Source of the DNA: an uncultured Bacteroidaceae bacterium
GTDB taxonomy: Bacteria > CAIWAD01
DNA length: 64,000 nucleotides
Reading direction: 5' to 3'
Assembly (NCBI GenBank): GCA_964568855.1
Contig: CAZMSD010000011.1
Span: 13,512-77,511, forward strand
The notes beneath the pieces are model-generated. The model did not search any database. It worked only from the letters and a program-made list of their open reading frames with translations, and was not told the DNA's origin. This document shows, one piece after another, positions 28,001 through 36,927 of this stretch (position 1 is its first letter; each line of letters starts with the position of its first letter). The translations under genes and the position numbers were made by a program.

Positions 28001-29690
28001 TGAACTCGTCGTAGACCCAGCGGTCGGAGACGACCGTCACATCGCCGATCTCTGATTGCCAGAGGTCCGCCAGCGGCTGAACCGTCTCCGCGCCCCCCGA
28101 GCGATGCAGGCTGTCGGCCATGATCACCAGGTAGGCGGCGGAGTTGGCGGGCGAGTCCAGGCCGTGCCAGTTGACCGCCTCGACCCGGAAGGGCTCGCGC
28201 TTGGCGCCCTCGCGCAGGGCCACGTAACGCCGCCCCGCCTCGAAGCCGTCCTGGAAGCGGACGCTGAACCCGCCTGCGGCCGGGCGGATGATGGTATTGG
28301 TGATCAGCGAGCGGCCGATCTTGTAGACCTGGACATCGGATCCGCCGAAGCCGCTTGCCGTGAAATCCAGCAGCCACGAATCCAGCGCGGGTTCCGCGGT
28401 AAAGACCAGCTCGTCGCCGGCGGCGATGTAATACCGCTGGTACTCGATCTCGAACCAGTTCAGCAGGACGGCCGAGAACTCGCCGGCGGGCGGGATCTCC
28501 AGGCCCGCGATGTAGAGCGTGTTCGCGTCCGCGCGGAGGTTCTCGTGGCCTAGGAAGGCCTCCCCCGACAGCTCTACGATCTTCATCTCCTGGTTCTTCC
28601 AGGAACCGTCCGCGCCGATGTCCAGCGCGGGATCGGTGTAGTCGTTCACGTAGATCTGGACCCGCTGGTGGTAGGTCTCCTCTTCCTCGTAGGCCGGGGG
28701 AGCGCTCAAGCCGCGCATGCAGACGGTCAGGTCGAAGGGACTGGTGGCCGCGGCGTTGACTCCGGGAATTTCGAAGGCGAAGGGCTTCAGTTCTCCAGCG
28801 AACACGCCGGCCCCCCAGAATTCGTGCTCGGGGGCCGTTTCATCCTGCACGCTGTAGAGCCGCTTGAAGTCCGTGTTCTCCTCGAAGTGCAGGCGGCAGG
28901 GAAAGGTCAGGGGCGTGTGATACAGCGCCGGATCGGTCTCGACGATCTCGCCGGTCTCCTGCGCCAGGCGCGGACCGAGGCTTCCGTCGGAGGCCAGGAA
29001 GTAGACTTCCAGCGAGGACCAGGGATCGAGAGCCGTATCGGGTCCGAGCTCGGGTTCATCCGGCACGGTGCACTCGGCCCAGAATTCCACGCGGTCGCCC
29101 GGATCGAAACTCCCGTCGTCGCATCCCAGGGCATGCAGCGGTTCGGTGCGCCCGTTGTGGACCAATGTCCAGGTGCGGGGGTCGGGATAGAATCCCGGGG
29201 CGTGCTCGTCCAGGTATTCGCGGGTCAGCTTGTAGAGTCCCTGTTCGCGGACTTCGATGCGCAGAAAACAATGCCTGGCCCAGGGATCGCCCTCCCAGTC
29301 CAGCAGGGCCCCCTGCGGCCGGCCGATCGGCGTTCCCGCGTCGCGGACGATGAATCCACGTTCGAGCTGGTCGCGACTCGGCCTGAGGGCGACGCGCCGG
29401 CTTCCGCTGCCCCTGGTCAACTCCAGCACATCCAGATCGAGCCGGCGACCGTCCAGCGCGGTGCAGCGCAGCTCGATCCGTTGCCGGTCCACGAAAATCG
29501 GCGGGGGCTCGCCATCAGGGGCGCCCCGGGCCAACCGCACCAGACAGGAACCGTCGGGCTGCCGTGATACATCGGTCCACGAGTCGGCGGGTATTTCCAC
29601 CGCGGCGCGGACCGGACAGAGCAGTGCCATGCAGGCCAGAACCAGCGCGGCGTTGCGGATGCCGTTCCAGGATTTGCGCCGTGTCATCAT
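25062..29690 (-). CDS. C25 (gingipain) family cysteine peptidase, PorU-like, with C-terminal T9SS/FlgD-type domain
   Basis: VNYSGHG (His) and ATCHIA (Cys) dyad; WFEIEYQR and YLVI..D motifs; C-terminal NYPNPF...IYTVSGRRIRTL...WDGRD...NGVYYY. Confidence 0.9.
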   Translation of the reverse strand: MMTRRKSWNGIRNAALVLACMALLCPVRAAVEIPADSWTDVSRQPDGSCLVRLARGAPDGEPPPIFVDRQRIELRCTALDGRRLDLDVLELTRGSGSRRVALRPSRDQLERGFIVRDAGTPIGRPQGALLDWEGDPWARHCFLRIEVREQGLYKLTREYLDEHAPGFYPDPRTWTLVHNGRTEPLHALGCDDGSFDPGDRVEFWAECTVPDEPELGPDTALDPWSSLEVYFLASDGSLGPRLAQETGEIVETDPALYHTPLTFPCRLHFEENTDFKRLYSVQDETAPEHEFWGAGVFAGELKPFAFEIPGVNAAATSPFDLTVCMRGLSAPPAYEEEETYHQRVQIYVNDYTDPALDIGADGSWKNQEMKIVELSGEAFLGHENLRADANTLYIAGLEIPPAGEFSAVLLNWFEIEYQRYYIAAGDELVFTAEPALDSWLLDFTASGFGGSDVQVYKIGRSLITNTIIRPAAGGFSVRFQDGFEAGRRYVALREGAKREPFRVEAVNWHGLDSPANSAAYLVIMADSLHRSGGAETVQPLADLWQSEIGDVTVVSDRWVYDEFSHGKFRPQALRRFVRTALETWTGAPSYVLLLGGAGRSQREALADGAPLLPVWFRQVYGWGGASTDEWLVTSEYGADYSALVARWPMDSQADLENMVAKALAYEDADGGAWRNRILMIAGARSQDAGIFQEQTEELVRTRIPATHFLRRLEVGETATLYSGGTEELIALFDQGQLLVNYSGHGGGAVWHDDNLFRSEDVPSLSNSRRLSFVTNATCHIASLESANSLGKALLNAGPMGAAGVLGSTGLGFQVTGTELVGYFYEYLLGNPGISVSQALRLAEQRIHVVHVAGQEEELEARIGRSAIELATVLGLPSLEPQVPQPDRRLGLTAPVVEAGGMLQLFGSAESASAQGWLEIHSTAAHPVLQDGDFVDGVQTHALEVGADSTWSLEIPAPETLFRGGRPASVRLLLDEPETGTASSGVTWFHYADSLEQAYLWGAGFLPEQPMAGDSIYITLLAAAPEPIDSLLADVSVGSPAWPETDYELELQPDPMDPQRFETTEGIGPFQQGDTLVTRFRVYYGGIEELSTDLYLLIEDPAPDALLGLRGYGERHGGKLALRLENAGELDLAPVELRLTGAAGDSLHSWTSPAVPAGESREFEFPVERGLLGDTLRMLVDPGGLVLEETEQPQFHFVQDPLFLHPATDADSGWREIDGLLSLRKPSEASASGVARVGRLEEQRFLSRQPDLQLISPVYSIAALDEGALPQPEGAYRETGHDSSSVNQVRLLGLDGETESLVSLEILPAQLSGDTLQVDFMLSAFVGFALGRLYDTEAPRVELSVNDQVFTEGGYVPRAPVFNFLLWDRNGIRSDSSAFRLELDGGEIPREDLSFNADPESGQLSVRYSPEFDGLPADSLHTLEILATDAAGNTTAATHRFLVADHFALLHIGNYPNPFRRQTRFAFSLTDTAERARVEIYTVSGRRIRTLYHQGTVIGYGEIFWDGRDHRSDLVANGVYYYRFVAERGGRELTRVGKMAKIK

Positions 29691-29741
29691 CCTCGCGTCG
29701 TGGGAGCTTTCGCCTGTTCCCGGAGCCGCACCGCAGGCCGG

Positions 29742-31412
29742 CTATTGGAAATTCCTGATCTCGTAACGGTAGCCCTGCTCGGTCAGGAAGAGCTGGCGGT
29801 TCATCGCGAATTCCTGATCGATTGTATCACGCGTGACCAGGGTATAGAACCAGGCCTGGTTCTCGCCCGCCTTGGGTCGCAGGATCCGGCCCAGGCGCTG
29901 GGCTTCCTCCTGGCGGCTGCCGAATGTGCCTGAGACCTGTATCGCCACGTTGGCCTCGGGGAGATCCACCGCGAAGTTGGCCACCTTCGAGACCACCAGG
30001 ATTTTGACCTCCCCCCGGCGGAACTTGTCGAAAAGCTCCTCGCGTATCACGTTCCTGACGCTGCCGGTGATCAGCGGGGCATCCAGGGTCCGGGCGATGT
30101 TCTTGAGCTGCTCGATGAACTGCCCGATGATCAGGATCCTGTCTCCCCGATGCTGGCCCAGGAGAAAGTCGATCACCTCCATCTTGACGGGATTGGTGGA
30201 GGCCACGGTGTACTTGCGCCGCGTCTCGGCCAGGGCGTATTCCAGCCGGAGTTCGTTGCTCATGGGCAGGCGGTACTCCACGCACGTGGCCTGGGCGATC
30301 CAGCCCTGCTGCTCCAGCTCCTTCCACGGTACATCCATCTTCTTGGGGCCGATCAGCGAGAAGACGTCGTCTTCCTTGCCGTCCTCGCGGACCAAGGTGG
30401 CCGTCAGGCCCAGCCGCCGGCGGCTCTGGATCTCCGCCACCGCCCGAAAGACCGGCGCCGGCAACAGGTGCACCTCGTCGTAGATAATCAGGCCCCAGTC
30501 GTGCTCGTTGAACAGCCCGAAGTGCACGAAGGGACTCTGCTTGGTCCTGCGGTAGGTCAGGATCTGGTAGGTGGCGATGGTCAGGGGACGGATCTCCTTG
30601 CGTTCCCCGCTGTATTCGCCGATCAGGCTCTCGCTGACCTGCGTCTTGTCCAGCAGCTCGTGCTTCCACTGGCGCAGGGCGGTCACGTTGGTGGTCAGCA
30701 CCAGGGTGTGCATGCCCACGTTCTCGATCACCGCGATTCCGATCAGGGTCTTGCCTGCGCCGCAGGGCAGCACGAGCACTCCCGAGCCCCCGCGCATGTC
30801 GCCGCCCGCCCAGAAGACCTGTACCGCATCCTGCTGGTACTTCCGCAGGTGAAATGGAACTCCGCCGCGGGTCGCCTCGCGCATCCTGAGATCCAGCGGC
30901 GCTCCCGGGGTGTAGCCCGCCAGGTCCTCCACCGGGAACCCGATCTTGATCAGGGCCTGCTTGAGGTGTCCCCGGTTGCCCGCCTGAACCTGGAAACAGT
31001 GCGGATCATGCTGTTCGCCCAGCAGGGGAGCCACGGTTTTGTGCCGTGACAATTCCAGCATGAGCAGCTCATCGGCCGATTCCAGCGCCAGGTTGCCGTC
31101 GTCCCGGCGGCGCAGTTGCACGCGCCCATACCGGGATACGTATTCACGGATGTCCTCCACCACGTTGGTGGGCACTTCATACTTGGAGTAGCGGTTCAGC
31201 GTGTTGATGATGTCCGAGCTGCCCATGCCGCTGGATGCCGCGTTCCAGAGCGACAGCGGAGTGATGCGGTAGGTGTGCAGGTGCTCCGGAGACTTGTCCA
31301 GTTCCGCGAAGCGGGAGAGTTCGTCGCGGGCGTCCTCGTAAAGCGGATTGGCCGTCTCGAGGAAGACCGTCTTGTCGGACTGGACGATGACTGGATTATC
31401 CGGGTTGTACAC
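29742..31412 (-). CDS. XPB/Ssl2-like DNA repair helicase (SF2)
   Basis: NPVIVQSDKTVFLE, LPCGAGKT, IYDEVHLLPA, GLTAT, QRLGRILRPK; GTG at 31412 preferred over upstream ATG 31487. Confidence 0.93.
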   Translation of the reverse strand: MYNPDNPVIVQSDKTVFLETANPLYEDARDELSRFAELDKSPEHLHTYRITPLSLWNAASSGMGSSDIINTLNRYSKYEVPTNVVEDIREYVSRYGRVQLRRRDDGNLALESADELLMLELSRHKTVAPLLGEQHDPHCFQVQAGNRGHLKQALIKIGFPVEDLAGYTPGAPLDLRMREATRGGVPFHLRKYQQDAVQVFWAGGDMRGGSGVLVLPCGAGKTLIGIAVIENVGMHTLVLTTNVTALRQWKHELLDKTQVSESLIGEYSGERKEIRPLTIATYQILTYRRTKQSPFVHFGLFNEHDWGLIIYDEVHLLPAPVFRAVAEIQSRRRLGLTATLVREDGKEDDVFSLIGPKKMDVPWKELEQQGWIAQATCVEYRLPMSNELRLEYALAETRRKYTVASTNPVKMEVIDFLLGQHRGDRILIIGQFIEQLKNIARTLDAPLITGSVRNVIREELFDKFRRGEVKILVVSKVANFAVDLPEANVAIQVSGTFGSRQEEAQRLGRILRPKAGENQAWFYTLVTRDTIDQEFAMNRQLFLTEQGYRYEIRNFQ

Positions 31413-31513
31413 GCGTATCCCTGCTAACCGATGAAAAATCAATGTGGTAATATCCTCGGATCGAGTCACGCGGTGCATCAGGTCCATCCTGCTTCTTTCC
31501 TATACTAGAACCG

Positions 31514-31987
31514 ATGTTACAGGTACCGCCGAAGTGCTCATGGACCCACCATCCCCTGAAGGTGAATCCGCAGCGGGGAATGCCGGTGCTGGGCATCGTG
31601 CTGCTGGCCAGCTTGAGTACCCTCTACTGGCTGGGTCTGAGCAGCCACGCCGCTTTGCTCATCGTGGTTTTCGTGTTCTCCCTGCGTGATTTCCTCTTCC
31701 CTTCCTCCTGCAGTCTGGATGTGGAAGGACTGACAGTATCTTCGCCGCTCCTGGGTGCCAAGTTCTATCCCTGGGAGTCGATTCACGACTTGACCCTGGA
31801 GTCCGGGAACCCCCTGCTGCACCTTCGGTCGGGACGACTGCGCCGCCTGCCCCCGCTGCCCTCCGCCTTGAAGCCGCGGGGTGATCTCGAAGCGCGGATC
31901 AGTGAGTGGATGGATGTCGCGCGGACGGCGGCTAAGGGTGAATCAGCGGGCGATGAACCGGTGAAGGAAGATGAAGCGCTCTCGTGA
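31514..31987 (+). CDS. hypothetical membrane protein (two TM helices + PH-like domain)
   Basis: Two hydrophobic helices then LDVEGLTV...YPWESI; overlaps next gene. Confidence 0.65.
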   Translation: MLQVPPKCSWTHHPLKVNPQRGMPVLGIVLLASLSTLYWLGLSSHAALLIVVFVFSLRDFLFPSSCSLDVEGLTVSSPLLGAKFYPWESIHDLTLESGNPLLHLRSGRLRRLPPLPSALKPRGDLEARISEWMDVARTAAKGESAGDEPVKEDEALS

Positions 31988-32282
31988 GCTGGAAACCGGG
32001 CCGGAACAAGCGGGGCTGAGCGATGAAGAGCGGCGTTTGGCCCGGCGTTTCGCCGAGGAAGTGGTGGACAGGCGCCTGACGGCCGCAGCCGTCTTCTTCC
32101 TGGAAGGCATGCGGCCGATGAATTTCATTCTCAGTCAAGGAATGCTGTTCTTTTCCCCGCTTGTAAATATTGTTTTCGATGGGGCAACGTTTGATAAAAT
32201 CCAAGAGATGCTGGATAAGAGAGAAGCCATCCCGTATATTATCGAATTGATCGAACAACTAGACGAGGCCCGTCGTGCCTAG
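31971..32282 (+). CDS. conserved hypothetical protein
   Basis: AVFFLEGMRPMNFILSQ pattern; overlaps both neighbours. Confidence 0.7.
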   Translation: MKRSRELETGPEQAGLSDEERRLARRFAEEVVDRRLTAAAVFFLEGMRPMNFILSQGMLFFSPLVNIVFDGATFDKIQEMLDKREAIPYIIELIEQLDEARRA

Positions 32283-33747
32283 TACAAGCAGAAAATCCGG
32301 GACCGGCCGGAAATCACCTCCGACGAAAACCAGAACCAGCAAGTCCAGCGGCTCTCAGCGCTCGCGCTCCGCCTCCTCAAGCACCTCGACTTCAAGCGGC
32401 GCGGTGAAGGGCCTGCTGATCCGCGGAGCCACTCTCGTCACCATGAACCAGGTACGGGAGGTGCTTCGCGCCGACCTGCGGATCGTGAAGGGCCGGATCG
32501 AATCCATCGCGCAGAGACTGCGGCCGCGTCAGAAAGACACCATTCTGGACGCCGGCGGATTGACCATCTTCCCAGGATTCATTCAACTGCATGTCCGGCT
32601 CTGCCACAGTATCTTCAGGCACATGGCCGACGACCTCGAGGCGGGTCCGGAATTGCGCAGGAGGATTCTGCCCCTTGAGGCGGCACACAACCCGGCCTCC
32701 CTGAATATCGCCACGCGCGTGGGCATTGCTGAGCTGCTGCTCTCGGGAACAACCACCGCGTTTTCCGTGGAAACCACCCTGGGATCGGAACACGTTTTCG
32801 AGGTCATCGCGGACTCGGGATTACGCTGCGTCAGCGGCAAGGCCCTGATGGACGCCGGCCGTGGCCTGCCGAAAAAGCTGAAGGAAAGAACCTCAACCGC
32901 GCTCGCTCACCTGGAACGTCATCTTTCCAACTGGAATGGGAAGGGCCGGCTGGAAGTGGCGGTCTGCCCGCGTTTCGCGCCGTTCTGCAGTCCCGACCTG
33001 TTGCGCGGCGCGGCGAAGCTGGCCGAGGATAGCGGCGCCTGGATCCACACGCAGGTGGCTGAGACCCGCGAGGAAGTCCAGCAGGCCCGCGAGGCCTTCG
33101 GTCGCAACCCGCTGCTGCTCTTCGACGCGCTGGGGATGCTGGACGGACGTTTCATCGCGGCCCACGCCGTGCACTTGAACGAAGCCGAGAAACTGCTCCT
33201 GGCCGGCCGGCGACATGCACTGATCGCCCACTGTCCCACTTCCAATATGAAACTCAGCAGCGGCACGGCGCCGCTGATGGACCTGCTCAGCCGCGGAATC
33301 CACGTGGGCCTGGGCACGGACAGCTGCGCCTTCAGCAACTCCCTGGACCTGATCCGCGAGATGCGCCAGGCCGCCCTGCTGCAGAAGGCGAGCCGGGGAG
33401 CGGGCATCCTCAGCGCGGAGCACATGGTGGAACTCTGCACCATCGCCGCGGCGCGGGCCATCGGTCGCGAAGAGGACCTGGGATCGATCGAACCGGGCAA
33501 GCTGGCCGACCTGGCCTTCTTCGATCTGAACCGCATGGACCTGCGGCCGGCGGGCAGCCCCGCCCAGCAGCTCGTCTGGTCCTCTTCGGCGCGCGACCTG
33601 GTGCACACCATGGTGGAAGGCCGCTTCCTGGTCAGGAATCGCAGCTTGAGACTCTGGAAGGAACAGGAACTGACGGCCACCGCTCGACGGGAAACGAACC
33701 GCCTGCTCCAGCGGGCCGGCCTCGAGGGAAAGGTGCCCATTGCCTAG
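32275..33747 (+). CDS. amidohydrolase family protein (5'-deoxyadenosine/MTA-SAH deaminase-like) with altered metal ligands
   Basis: PGFIQLHVRLCH, SGTTT, PRFAPFCS, HTQVAE, AAHAVH, HCPTSNMKL, GLGTD, GSIEPGKLAD. Confidence 0.85.
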   Translation: MPSTSRKSGTGRKSPPTKTRTSKSSGSQRSRSASSSTSTSSGAVKGLLIRGATLVTMNQVREVLRADLRIVKGRIESIAQRLRPRQKDTILDAGGLTIFPGFIQLHVRLCHSIFRHMADDLEAGPELRRRILPLEAAHNPASLNIATRVGIAELLLSGTTTAFSVETTLGSEHVFEVIADSGLRCVSGKALMDAGRGLPKKLKERTSTALAHLERHLSNWNGKGRLEVAVCPRFAPFCSPDLLRGAAKLAEDSGAWIHTQVAETREEVQQAREAFGRNPLLLFDALGMLDGRFIAAHAVHLNEAEKLLLAGRRHALIAHCPTSNMKLSSGTAPLMDLLSRGIHVGLGTDSCAFSNSLDLIREMRQAALLQKASRGAGILSAEHMVELCTIAAARAIGREEDLGSIEPGKLADLAFFDLNRMDLRPAGSPAQQLVWSSSARDLVHTMVEGRFLVRNRSLRLWKEQELTATARRETNRLLQRAGLEGKVPIA

Positions 33748-33774
33748 GTTTGCCCGCCAGATCCCGGGAGATCG

Positions 33775-35670
33775 ATGAAGGAAATCCGCTCCATTCTCGC
33801 CACCGACTGCGGAAGTACCACCACCAAGTGCATCCTGATCGAAAAGATCGGTGATACGTACCGGCAGACGATCCGCGGCGAAGCGCCCACAACCGTCGAG
33901 GCGCCCTTCGAGGACGTCACCATGGGCGTGGTCAACGCCGTGACAGAGGTGGAGGAGCTCGCGCACCAGGACCAGCACCTCAGCGACGGATCCCTGCGGC
34001 CGGGTACGCCGGAACGGCGCTTCCTCAGGCAGGTGTCCCGCCGGGAAGCGGACGGCGACGAGCGGGAAGGCTGGGAAATCATCGTTCCCCAGGAGGACCA
34101 ACAGGGCGTGGACGCCTACATTTCCACGTCCTCCGCGGGCGGCGGCCTGCAGATGATGGTAGCCGGCGTGGTCCAGTCCATGACCGGAGAATCGGCGCAA
34201 AGGGCGGCCCTGGGCGCCGGCGCCATCGTGATGGACACCATCGCCAGCAACGACGGCCGCCTGCCCCACGAGAAGATCGACCGCATCCGGCGCCTGCGAC
34301 CGGACATGATCCTGCTGGCGGGCGGAACGGACGGCGGATCCGAACTGCCCCTGGACCTGGCCGAACTGATCGCAGCGGCCAAGCCCCGTCCGCGGCTGGG
34401 GCACGGATACAACCTGCCCATCATCTACGCCGGCAACCAGGACCTGCGGGAGCCGATCAACGAGGTCCTGGACGAAGTCAGCGCCCTGACCCTGGTGGAG
34501 AACCTGCGTCCCGTGCTGGAGCGGGAAAACCTCAACCCGGCCCGCGACAAGATCCACGACCTGTTCATGGAACACGTGATGCAGCAGGCGCCCGGCTACG
34601 ACCGCCTGATGAACATGTGCCGCGTTTTCGATGAAGAGGCGGGGACCGTGCGGCCGGTGCCTATCATGCCGACCCCCGGCGCCGTGGGCCGCATTATCGA
34701 GACCATCGCCGAAATCAACGGCATCAACGTGGTCGGCGTGGACATCGGCGGGGCCACCACGGACGTCTTCTCCGTCTTCGGCGGGGTCTTCAACCGCACC
34801 GTCTCGGCCAACCTGGGCATGAGCTACAGCGTCTCCAACGTGCTGGCCGAGGCGGGCCTGGAGAACATCCAGCGCTGGGTGCCCTTCGAGGTGGACCCCT
34901 ACGACCTGCGCAACCGCATCGGCAACAAGATGATCCGGCCCACCACGATCCCCCAGACCCGCGAGGACCTGATCGTCGAGCAGGCCATCGCCCGGGAGGC
35001 CTTGCGGCTGTCCTTCGTGCAGCACAAGGAATTCGCCGTGGAGCTGCGGGGAGTCCAGCAGGAGCGCACGATTTCCGACGCCTTCGAGCAGGACTCAGAG
35101 GCGCGCAGCCTGGTGAAGATGATGGAACTGGACCTGCTGGTGGGCTCGGGCGGAGTTCTCTCGCACGCGCCGCGGCGAGCAGAAACGGCCTGGATGCTGG
35201 TGGACGCCTTCCTGCCCGAGGGGATCACCAGGCTGGCCGTGGATTCCATCTTCATGATGCCCCAGCTGGGCGTACTCTCCCGTTTCCACAAGGAGGCCGC
35301 CACCCAGGTCTTTGACGTGGACTGCATGGTGCACCTGGGCACCTGCATCGCGCCCATGGGCCGGGCGCGGAGTCCCGGCAAGCCCTGCCTGCAGGTCAGC
35401 GGCACCCTGCCGGACGGAACGCGGCTCGACGAACAGATTCCGCAGGACGAGCTGCGTCTCTGGCCCATGGAGGCGGGCGGGGAGTGCGAACTGCTGCTCA
35501 AGCCGGCCCGCAACTTCGACCTGGGCGCCGGGCCCGGCAAGGAGTTGCGCGCCGTGGTCGGCGGCGGGGTGGTGGGACTGATCATCGACACCCGCGGCCG
35601 GCCCTTCAACCTGAGCGTGGACGCTTCCGGACGGCTGGACAAGCTGGCGCGCTGGGATATTACGCGGTAG
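33775..35670 (+). CDS. glutamate mutase L (GlmL/MutL-like) ASKHA-fold ATPase
   Basis: TDCGSTTTK, TSSAGGGL, LAGGTDGG, MPTPGAV, VDIGGATTDVFS, GSGGVLSHAP. Confidence 0.88.
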   Translation: MKEIRSILATDCGSTTTKCILIEKIGDTYRQTIRGEAPTTVEAPFEDVTMGVVNAVTEVEELAHQDQHLSDGSLRPGTPERRFLRQVSRREADGDEREGWEIIVPQEDQQGVDAYISTSSAGGGLQMMVAGVVQSMTGESAQRAALGAGAIVMDTIASNDGRLPHEKIDRIRRLRPDMILLAGGTDGGSELPLDLAELIAAAKPRPRLGHGYNLPIIYAGNQDLREPINEVLDEVSALTLVENLRPVLERENLNPARDKIHDLFMEHVMQQAPGYDRLMNMCRVFDEEAGTVRPVPIMPTPGAVGRIIETIAEINGINVVGVDIGGATTDVFSVFGGVFNRTVSANLGMSYSVSNVLAEAGLENIQRWVPFEVDPYDLRNRIGNKMIRPTTIPQTREDLIVEQAIAREALRLSFVQHKEFAVELRGVQQERTISDAFEQDSEARSLVKMMELDLLVGSGGVLSHAPRRAETAWMLVDAFLPEGITRLAVDSIFMMPQLGVLSRFHKEAATQVFDVDCMVHLGTCIAPMGRARSPGKPCLQVSGTLPDGTRLDEQIPQDELRLWPMEAGGECELLLKPARNFDLGAGPGKELRAVVGGGVVGLIIDTRGRPFNLSVDASGRLDKLARWDITR

Positions 35671-35687
35671 GAGTAATCGGACGGACC

Positions 35688-36806
35688 ATGGCAACTTCCT
35701 TCACTCCCGGGCTGCGCGTGGCCCCGAACACGGTGATCGTCAAGGAACGCAAACTGCCCCTGCTGGGCGAAGTGACCGTGAAGGTGGGCGACCGCGTGAC
35801 CCACGACCGAGTGGTGGCGCGCACCGAACTGCCCGGCGACATCTACCCCGTGCAGGTGGCCCACTCCCTGGGCGTCGAGCCCGCCGAGCTCTCCGAGACC
35901 ATGCTGAAAAAGGAGCACGAGCCCATCGACCAGGGCGAGGCCCTGGCCCGGACGCGCAGCTTCTTCGGCCTCTTCAAGTCGGAATGCCCGAGCCCCATCG
36001 ACGGTACCGTGGAATCCATCTCGCTGCGCACGGGCCAGGTGATCCTCCAGCGGCCGCCAGTCCCCGTGGAGGTCAACGCCTTCATGGAGGGCGAGGTTAT
36101 CGAGCTGCACGAGCGCGAGGGTGTCACGGTGCGCACGCAGGGGGCCTTCATCCAGGGCATCTTCGGTATCGGCGGCGAAGCCTGGGGCGACCTGCGGATG
36201 GTCTGCGGCGGCCCCGCCGAGGCGCTGGAGACGGCCGCCCTGTCGGCCGACATGGCCGGGCAGGTGCTCGTGGGCGGCAGCCGTATCACACTGGACGCGG
36301 TCAACCGGGCGCGCGATATCGGGGTTTCGGCGCTGATCGTGGGAGGCTTCGACAAGGGCGACCTGCGGGCGCTGCTGGGCTACGAGCTGGGCGTGGCCAT
36401 CACCGGCAACGAAGAGATCGGTATCACGCTGATCCTGACCGAGGGCTACGGCGACATTCCGATGACGCAGCGCACCTGGGACCTGCTGAGCTCGCTGCAG
36501 GGCAGGCACGCCTCTGTGAACGGGGCGACCCAGATCCGAGCCGGCGTGATACGCCCGGAGATCGTGGTGCCGCTGGCCGGGGAATCGACGGTGGCGGAAA
36601 GAACGCACACCGGGCGGCTGGAGACCGGCAGCGAGGTGCGAATCATCCGGCAGCCCTGGTTCGGCCGCAAGGGTCGCGTCACGGCCCTGCCGCCCGAGTT
36701 GACCCAGGTGGAGAGCGGAGCCCGCGTCCGCGTGCTGGAAGTCGAAATCGACGGCGGCGAGCGGGTCACGCTGCCCCGGGCGAACATCGAGCTTATCGAA
36801 GGCTGA
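35688..36806 (+). CDS. conserved hypothetical GlmL partner (barrel-sandwich hybrid region + C-terminal KOW-like domain)
   Basis: Start MATSFTPGL; SPIDGTVESIS hybrid motif; GSEVRIIRQPWFGRKGRV KOW-like. Confidence 0.75.
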   Translation: MATSFTPGLRVAPNTVIVKERKLPLLGEVTVKVGDRVTHDRVVARTELPGDIYPVQVAHSLGVEPAELSETMLKKEHEPIDQGEALARTRSFFGLFKSECPSPIDGTVESISLRTGQVILQRPPVPVEVNAFMEGEVIELHEREGVTVRTQGAFIQGIFGIGGEAWGDLRMVCGGPAEALETAALSADMAGQVLVGGSRITLDAVNRARDIGVSALIVGGFDKGDLRALLGYELGVAITGNEEIGITLILTEGYGDIPMTQRTWDLLSSLQGRHASVNGATQIRAGVIRPEIVVPLAGESTVAERTHTGRLETGSEVRIIRQPWFGRKGRVTALPPELTQVESGARVRVLEVEIDGGERVTLPRANIELIEG

Positions 36807-36927
36807 GGGCCCGCCGGACGCTGTACCGCGGCGAACGGCCGGCCGAGTGAAACGCCCCGCGCCCCGCCGGGCCTGATCCGCAAACTCCCGAGGACTCCCG
36901 CGGGAATGAAACGAGGAGAGTTCCCAG

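Noticed and set aside
29742-31487. XPB helicase as part of a defence system
   Set aside because: Stand-alone, with no nuclease or other defence partner adjacent; ordinary bacterial XPB family
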